Shown here one piece after another: positions 55,945 to 64,000 of a stretch of 64,000 nucleotides of DNA. Both the position numbers and the translations under genes were made by a program. The DNA lies in the NCBI RefSeq assembly GCF_006345805.1, contig NC_043002.1, forward strand, positions 33,480,001 through 33,544,000. Direction: 5' to 3'. The DNA is from Octopus sinensis (Eukaryota). Below the pieces are notes generated by a model. That model ran no database searches and had not been told where the DNA came from. It worked only from the letters and a program-made list of their open reading frames with translations. Each line of letters starts with the position of its first letter. Within the stretch, counting starts at the first letter, position 1.

Positions 55945-56502
55945 ATTGAATGAGAGAGCAGTGCATGCCATCAAAGTGACACTGGGGTAAAATATACGAA
56001 GCCCAGTATACCCTTCATGACTACCCGTCTGATAAGGGTACACCAGGCACATGCATCACAACCATATGAGTGCGACAAGGTGATCTCATATCAAGATAAA
56101 CAGCACATGACCTTGCAGGTGGGACCCAGTTAGAATTTTCTTCTGGTCGAGTAGCAAATCCTGCTCAAAAGGTCCCTGAATAAGGATTGTTTAAGGATAT
56201 TGAACGAACCACCCATGTTTCCAAAAGTGAATTATCCAAACCTCTAAGAATTCCTTTCAACACACGGCTATGATGCTCCCCCACTACTTCTGCTCGTGAT
56301 CAGAGATGCACATATCGTCAGCCACTAAGGGACATGCTCAACTGGTTAAGGTCAAACAACTGACAAGCAAATCTGTGGTATTGAGCAAAATATTTGCTGT
56401 AGCCCACCTTTTATACCAAGACAAAACAATGTACATGAAAACATTTCCAATCAGTTAAGATCAGAAGCCATGAGAGCCAATGCCTGGTACTGCATCAGGG
56501 CA
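55945..56502 (-). repeat. Unclassified ~550-bp interspersed repeat embedded in (TTA/TTG)n arrays (family C)
   Basis: Reverse complement of 29357-29853 and 30021-30400; trinucleotide arrays on both sides. Strand is relative only. Confidence 0.75.
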
Positions 56503-56504
56503 TG

Positions 56505-56600
<96 letters not shown>

Positions 56601-56629
56601 TTATTATTATTATTATTATTATTATTAAG

Positions 56630-57045
56630 TTATTACATGCTAATTTTTTTATCAGGTATTTTACCCTGGTGTTTAATGACAACAAGTTTCTTCAAATTTC
56701 AAGAATCTTTCTTAGGATATTTGAAAAACCCTGAGGGTCGTTCTTTTGCGAAGGTCTCAATTCCAATATCTTTCAGTTTGGATGTTAATATAAGTGTACC
56801 AAGTTTCACTGAATAATTATATTCTTAGACTTCCACAATATCTGCAGCTCCCTGACATCATCCTGATATTCCGTAATTTTGTCAATTTGATTGGAATACG
56901 GTATAGCATATGGTGTAGCAAAGTCTATGATCTTACACTGTTTATTATGTGCTGTATAGTCATACCTGGACTTCTTGCCTCAATAGTAAGGTCAGTTTTT
57001 ATGGGGTTGTCCCATAAGATCCCATACTTTTTATTTTCTATCATG
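56630..57045 (-). mobile_element. Older degenerate R4/Dong-like endonuclease fragment
   Basis: Minus-strand IENKKYGILWDNPIKTDLTIEARSP resembles the ILWD.PI.TD..I.A.RPD motif at about 19100; lies next to a (TAA)n array. Boundaries approximate. Confidence 0.55.
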
Positions 57046-57443
57046 GTTTCTAGTTCGTAGTCATAATTATTGGTGCTAGTGTTGTTGTTGTTGTTGTTCT
57101 TATTGCTACTGCTGTTGTTGTTGTTGATTGTTGCTGCTTTGTTTGTTTGTTTGTTGAGCGAAGTGGTCTTCATCCCAGAGCAGTGGGAGAAGTCCGAAGC
57201 GTGGCCCTTTGCTATTCGTAAGACCCGCAGAAGAGAAAGCAGGTCACCCCCCCCCACCCGACACCGAGAGCATCGACGGATGGATGAATGTGCTGTTGCT
57301 GTTGCTGCTGTTGTTGTTGTTGTTGTTGTTGTTGCTGTTTTCGTCGTTGTTGTTATTGTTGTTGTTCTTCTTCTTCTTGTTTGATGACAACATTCTGTTA
57401 TGCCGTCGCCATATCTATTAAATTGTATCTCTTTTACTTGCAG

Positions 57444-57766
57444 GGAAGGTGACATACACCCGGACATGTTCCGAAAAACTAAACATTTTGATGAACATTT
57501 ACCATGTGTGCATGCGTGAGTCAAGACCGGCCAAGGGACAAATATGCTTCTGTGACAGCTCACAATGTAACGCGGCCACACGCGACAAAAAACCCCTGTC
57601 ACTAACACTGCTATGGCTCTCTCTATTGGTGCACACTTCACAATTTAACCTAGCCTCTCACACCACACCCGCCTCACTAACACTGTTATGGCTCCCTTTA
57701 CTTCTATACACGTTTTACTCGGGTTTACCAACAGAAAACTTTGAAACGTTTTCCCAGGTGTCCTAA
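57444..57766 (+). CDS. qvr: Quiver/sleepless-like Ly6 protein, terminal coding exon (C-terminal LU half plus hydrophobic tail)
   Basis: Acceptor TCTCTTTTACTTGCAG ending at 57443 joins in frame to the previous exon. Translates GKVTYTRTCSEKLNILMNIYHVCMRESRPAKGQICFCDSSQCNAATRDKKPLSLTLLWLSLL...SQVS*. RTC...C...CFC....CN completes the 10-Cys LU domain, followed by a hydrophobic GPI-signal-like tail. Confidence 0.9.
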
Positions 57767-57849
57767 CTTTTACATATAAATTCTTTTAAAAATGAGAAAA
57801 ATCACCGAAGCCAAAATAAATAACAGAAATTTTAAATAAATATATGTAC

Positions 57850-57881
<32 letters not shown>

Positions 57882-57903
57882 TATATATAATATATATATA
57901 TAT

Positions 57904-57940
<37 letters not shown>

Positions 57941-58891
57941 GAATGGAAGAATTTAAAGGAAAAGTATGTAAATCAGATCGCAGAAGGAAAAAAGAAAACA
58001 AACAACCAAACAAGATCTACAGCAATAACAACAATAATAAAAATGGGAATAAAGACAGAGAATGGTGAAAAAGATTTTTAATAACCCAAAATTAAACCGA
58101 GTGCCCTACATCTTCTATATTCTAACAAAGAAATGCTGAAGAGAAATATGAACGACGAAACAGTGAACGAAGCTAGAAAACAAGTTAGTAAGCGGGAAAG
58201 TAAACAACAAAATGGTGGATAGATCCATATCTGAAACGAGTGGAAGGGGCCTCAGCGTGAGGTAAAAAGTATATATATATATATATGCAAAACACACATG
58301 CACACATTCATATACAATATTACAGACTTACATTCAAATATACTACTGTATATTTCACAGAAATATACTTACATACAGATATATATATAGGGACATACAT
58401 ATGAATATGCATATTAACATGCATATAAAGTAGAGAAAATTAGGAATATGTAACTAAACATACATTTATATCTATATATACATACACACATACACACACA
58501 CAGATATATATATATATATATCTATATATAAACATACATACATATACGTGTATGTGTACATTCACGTTTATGTATATATGTATGTATGTATGCATCTTTA
58601 TATATAGGCACACACACATACACAAATACATACACATAATTAGCCCTCACATACCCACAACACCACTCACATGCACAAACACGTTGTCATATATGTATAT
58701 ATATATATATACCTATACGCCCATAAACCCATGCACACATACCTTCACATACACAAAGCACGCTGGCGATTCCAAAATACCTCGAAGGAAAATATTTGTG
58801 ATAAACCAATAACAAGAACACAGACAAGAAATGACTGTTTGAAGTCGGAGCAGAACCGCATGTAATCCAGGACACTTGGAATTTAGAAGAC

Positions 58892-58956
<65 letters not shown>

Positions 58957-58962
58957 TAATAT

Positions 58963-59062
<100 letters not shown>

Positions 59063-59097
59063 TTACGAATGTGTGGATGTATGACTATGTAAACATT

Positions 59098-59136
<39 letters not shown>

Positions 59137-60194
59137 TATATACGTTTGTTTATACAAATACATGTGTATATATATATATATGTATGTTTACATATACATA
59201 ATATGCATGCATTCATACGTATATTACACAATTTTAATGAAGAAATATGTCAAGCTAAGAGCTTGATGTATTCTTTTCATTAGAAAAATTACAACAATAC
59301 TAGTAAATATACTTATAATTATAATAATTATTAATATTACTACTATTGTTATTATTTATAATTACTGTTTTTCTTATAATCATTATTAATATTTTTACTG
59401 TTATTATTGTTGTTATTGTTATTGTTATTAATATAATGATTATAATGATTCCCTTTGGACAACGCGAGCACCAAGTTATGTTTCGGGCAGTTTAATGGCA
59501 GTGGTGGGTCACTCCAGATGTTTGTCACCAGCTCCGACGAGCTCCTGACTGTCGAATAGCAAGAATTATTGATGGTGATGATGAGATAGACGGGAGGCAA
59601 GGTGGGATGAAGGAAGGGCAAATAACTCTCTTGCGAAGACAGTGGAGGCGGCGGATGCAGTGGTGGTGGTAACGGCGACGGCGAACACAAGAACGATTTG
59701 AACGAAATGTGTAATTACATTTATAATTAATTTGAATTAATATTTAATTAATAAACGGGAAAAACAGAAAAAAAATGCAAAAAAAATAACAATTTCATCA
59801 ACATCAGCATCAAACACATACCAGTTGCAGCAAATTATGCAGTTGTTTAGATACAACAGCAACAGCAGCAACAACCGTCTGTAAACAGTGAGGTAGTTGT
59901 TTAGCTACGGCTGCAATAACAGCATCACCAGTTACTGCAATAAGTCAGCTGTTTTCGCGACATCACCAGTAACAACAATACTTGTTGCAGAAATCATGCA
60001 GTTATTTAGCTACTGCAGCAACAGCACAAGCTGCAACTGTGTAAAAGAGGCAGCAACTACACAAGTGCTAACACCGGTTGCAGTATGGGCACAAACGTTT
60101 TAGCTGCACAAAACAACAGCAGCAGCAACAGCAGCAATATCACAGCTGTTTATCTACACTATCTTCAGCAGCACCAGCACCAGCAACAGATGCA

Positions 60195-60226
<32 letters not shown>

Positions 60227-62089
60227 GAGTGCAGCACTAATTTTAGCAATAATCTTTTACTCCAATGTACAATGGTAATATACAACTGCAGGAGTGGCAA
60301 CATTTGATGCAAAAGTCTCTACGATCACAGCAACAATAACATATCTGGAACGGTGTAGAAGAAACAACAACAGCAACAACAACTACAAACAAAAACAGTA
60401 GCAGCAGCTATGACAAATTTCTGCGGTAACAACAACAACTGCAACGACTGCATCAAGAAAAAGTGACAATAACAATATGAACAACAAAAAGACTAACTTT
60501 AGCAATGACATCAAAAATATTAACAATAATGCAGGTGAAATTAATTCCAAGTTAGCATCGGTAGATAATTGATTAGACGACAGTATTAATGATTCAAAGT
60601 TAACTACAATAAAAATTATGTCAGTTCAATAGTTCTACAACCAGCTTAAAACCCTTACAAAAACTGAATAACATCGAACTACTGTAGAAGCATGTATGCG
60701 GTTGCTCAACTAGCTAGTAATAATAGCAAAACCTCTGTTTGTACCATACTGTGTTTTTAAAACAAAAATTGACACATCAGAAGTATTAGATACGGTTCCT
60801 GAAATAAAGACTAGCGTATCATACTCGGAATATTTTTGGTTTTAGGTTGGGTCGTTCAGAACTTACAAGGAATCATGACAAAGTTACAGGAGTCATGAGC
60901 TGAAAATGAAGTGTAGCAGGAAGAAGTAATACTACTACTCCGACCACTACTTCTGGACACATTTCATCTGTAGCACACGAAACTCTGTTCTTCCTTGATA
61001 AAGGGCTTCAGCCCGAATACTTTGACCTCTTACTTGCATTTACAATTGCATTTATATCAGCCACCGAACCTGAATTATTTGCTGCAGAGATACACTTTCA
61101 CAGCTTTTCTCTCAGATTTGACCTTAACAGTGTTATGTTATGGCTCTTTACTTACAACTGTATACTATAACAGCTTTGTATCGGATATATCAAAGTAACC
61201 CTCCCTTTGTTACCAGCATTATGATATCGTTCTATGTTTCTAGCTATATATTAGAGTACTGTACTGCATGTCGCTACACGCTATTTACTCTACGGAACTA
61301 TATGCTATAAAACAAACAGGCTTCGACTTTCAAACGTGTTTTATAATGTATAATGCCAAGTGTATAATCCTATCAGTTTAAAGATGTTTACTTTCAACTG
61401 ACTTTCTAACCAGCTGACATATACTATAGCCACATTCTGATTTATACACCATAGTTATATTTTATGGATATGGTCTACGGATTTATGTAATCCCATGTAT
61501 ATTACATGTAATCCCATGTATATGCTATTCGTATTTTACTGTAATCCACTCTACCGGTGTCATAACTACTATAAATTTTTTATGTCAGCTAATCTATACA
61601 ATAGCTGAAACGTATGGATTGATTCTTTGTCGGTAACTTTGACCGTTTGCTACGGCTCCATAGTACTAGCTTAATATAAATATACCACAGTCACTATAGA
61701 TTTATTATCATTAGTTATGAAATAAATTATACATTTATAGTAACATACAACTACTGAATATCTTTTTAGTTATCTATTTTATAGTGTATACTAACAGAAC
61801 CTTCCGTTGCCTTATGTTACCAGATTTGAGTAGTTAACATGTAACAGACAATGGAGATCGAAGTTGCAGAATCTGACTATCTGTTAATCTATCAGTCTGT
61901 CTATCGATCTGTCCATTTACCTCTATTGGATAGTAAGTTGTCGCCACAAACTCTAAAGTCAAATCACCACTACTTCAACATAAACGACAAACAGTGGTTA
62001 CCATCAGACCCAGCACCAGTATCTCTACCGTGTTCCCCACCACTTCAATCAGTAGAACTACCAGCAAAACACTGCTAACACTACTACTA

Positions 62090-62146
<57 letters not shown>

Positions 62147-63162
62147 TCTAACAATCTCTAGTCTTTTTTTCTCTTCTTGTATTCTTTCTTCATTGCTTCC
62201 ATAAAAGTAATCTAGTGGTGGGATTTTGCCTTATTATCTACCTTTTCAGGGTTGATGAATTTAGCACCCGTATTATACTGAAGGCCTTTAGATCCGACTC
62301 TACCCTCCTACCGAATATGAGGATCCACGCGCCTATTGTCATTTGGATTACCATTGTGTAATGGGAACTACACCTTACCAATCATGAACTGGTATCTACT
62401 GTACCAATTGATTCTTCTCGCCAAAATAGTTGACCTTCTGCCTGAGGTGGTAGAATCTGTTGACCATTGTAAAATATGCGTTGTGGTATTTAGCTGTGTC
62501 CCCTTACACTCTGAGATCAAATCCCGTAAAGATCTACTTTTGCCTTTTCTCCTTCTGGAGTTATCAAAATATAGCACTAATCAAGTATTATGGCCAACAA
62601 AATAATACCAGTTATATACCAGGATATTTCTTCATCATATCTCAAAAGACTGTGACATTCAGCTTATGTTAGAAATCTTAGACATCAAAGTTCAAGACAC
62701 ACCGAGGTAGGCTGTGCCTTTCATACTTCCAGGATCGATAAAATATTACCAATTGAATACTAGGACTGATCTAGTCGAGTAATCCCTCTCTCAAACCCTT
62801 GCCGCCTTGTAATTATGTTAGATAGATTAGCAGAATCTTAAGTGCATCGAACAAAATAAATTATACTATTTGGTAACTGCTCTTTACTTTCTGCGTTCAA
62901 ATAATGCCAGAGTCAGCTTAGCCTTTCACTCTTTCGGAGTCAATAAAATATTGTGCCATCCCAGTACATGGGCCGAAACAAACGACGAAGACGCGCCAAA
63001 TTTCTCGGCTTTTACCTAAGTTAGAATTTGTTACTATTAATGTCAACTGCCTCACAATTGAAGAATCCTTTAAACAAATACCTTTTTGCCTGTGAAAACA
63101 CAAAAGCCTCACCTTCTCATTTCTATTGCTTTAAAATGATCCCAAGTATCCTGCCCATGTCA

Positions 63163-63221
<59 letters not shown>

Positions 63222-63240
63222 CATTATTATTATTATTATT

Positions 63241-63709
63241 AAAGGTGGTGAGCTAACAGAATAGTTAGCGCGCTGGACGAAATGCTTAGCGGTATTTCGC
63301 CCGTCATTACGTTCTGAGTTCAAATTCCGCCGAGGTCGATTTTGCCTTTCATCCTTTCGGGGTCGATAAATTAAGTACTAGATAATTACTGCGGTCAATG
63401 TAATCGACTGTTCCCCTGCTCCAAAATTTCAGGTCTTGTGCCTTTAGTAGAAAGGATTATTGTTATTATTATTAAAGGAGGCGAGCTGGCAGAATCGTTA
63501 AGTACGCCGGGCAAGTGCTTAGCCGTATTTCGTCCATCTTTACGGTCTGAGTTCAAATTCTGCTGAAGTCGACTTTGCATTTCATCCTTTCGGGATCGAT
63601 AAATTAAGTACCAGTGAAACACTGGGGTCAACGTGATCGACTAGTCCCTTCCCCTCAAAATTTCAAGCCTTGTGCCTGTAGTAGAAAGGATTACTTTTAT
63701 TATCATTAA

Positions 63710-63770
<61 letters not shown>

Positions 63771-63792
63771 TATTATTATTATTATTATATTA

Positions 63793-63834
<42 letters not shown>

Positions 63835-64000
63835 AGGTGGTGAGCTAACAGAATAGTTAGCGCGCTGGACGAAATGCTTAGCGGTATTTCGCCCGTCATT
63901 ACGTTCTGAGTTCAAATTCCGCCGAGGTCGATTTTGCCTTTCATCCTTTCGGGGTCGATAAATTAAGTACTAGATAATTACTGCGGTCAATGTAATCGAC
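63241..64000 (+). mobile_element. Head-to-tail array of family A SINEs separated by (TTA)n
   Basis: Copies start at about 63243, 63477 and 63835; the first and third are identical over the readable length. Confidence 0.85.

Noticed and set aside
63241-64000. CRISPR-like or other prokaryotic repeat array
   Set aside because: Units are eukaryotic SINE copies separated by microsatellites; no cas genes or operon structure anywhere in the window.

Overview
This is AT-rich, microsatellite-dense animal genomic DNA. The repeat families suggest a coleoid cephalopod, probably Octopus; that assignment is inference. Nearly all ORFs in the supplied track are simple-repeat artefacts. One host gene is supported: a + strand quiver/sleepless-like Ly6/three-finger (LU domain, 10 Cys) gene with coding exons at 48969-49109 and 57444-57766. 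Its signal-peptide exon could not be located. The rest is probably intron, UTR or intergenic DNA. It holds tRNA-derived SINEs of several families, R4/Dong-type LINE fragments at (TAA)n, non-autonomous DNA transposons (Merlin-like, mariner-like, hAT-like, Helitron-like) and a 100-N gap. The most notable observations are: short (TA)n-embedded repeats with hammerhead-ribozyme-like folds and apparent covariation; a Merlin-like element carrying telomeric repeats; an unusually dense set of long fold-backs and inverted duplications around and inside the quiver-like gene; six perfect CRE palindromes; and a duplicated C-terminal hydrophobic signal in the protein.
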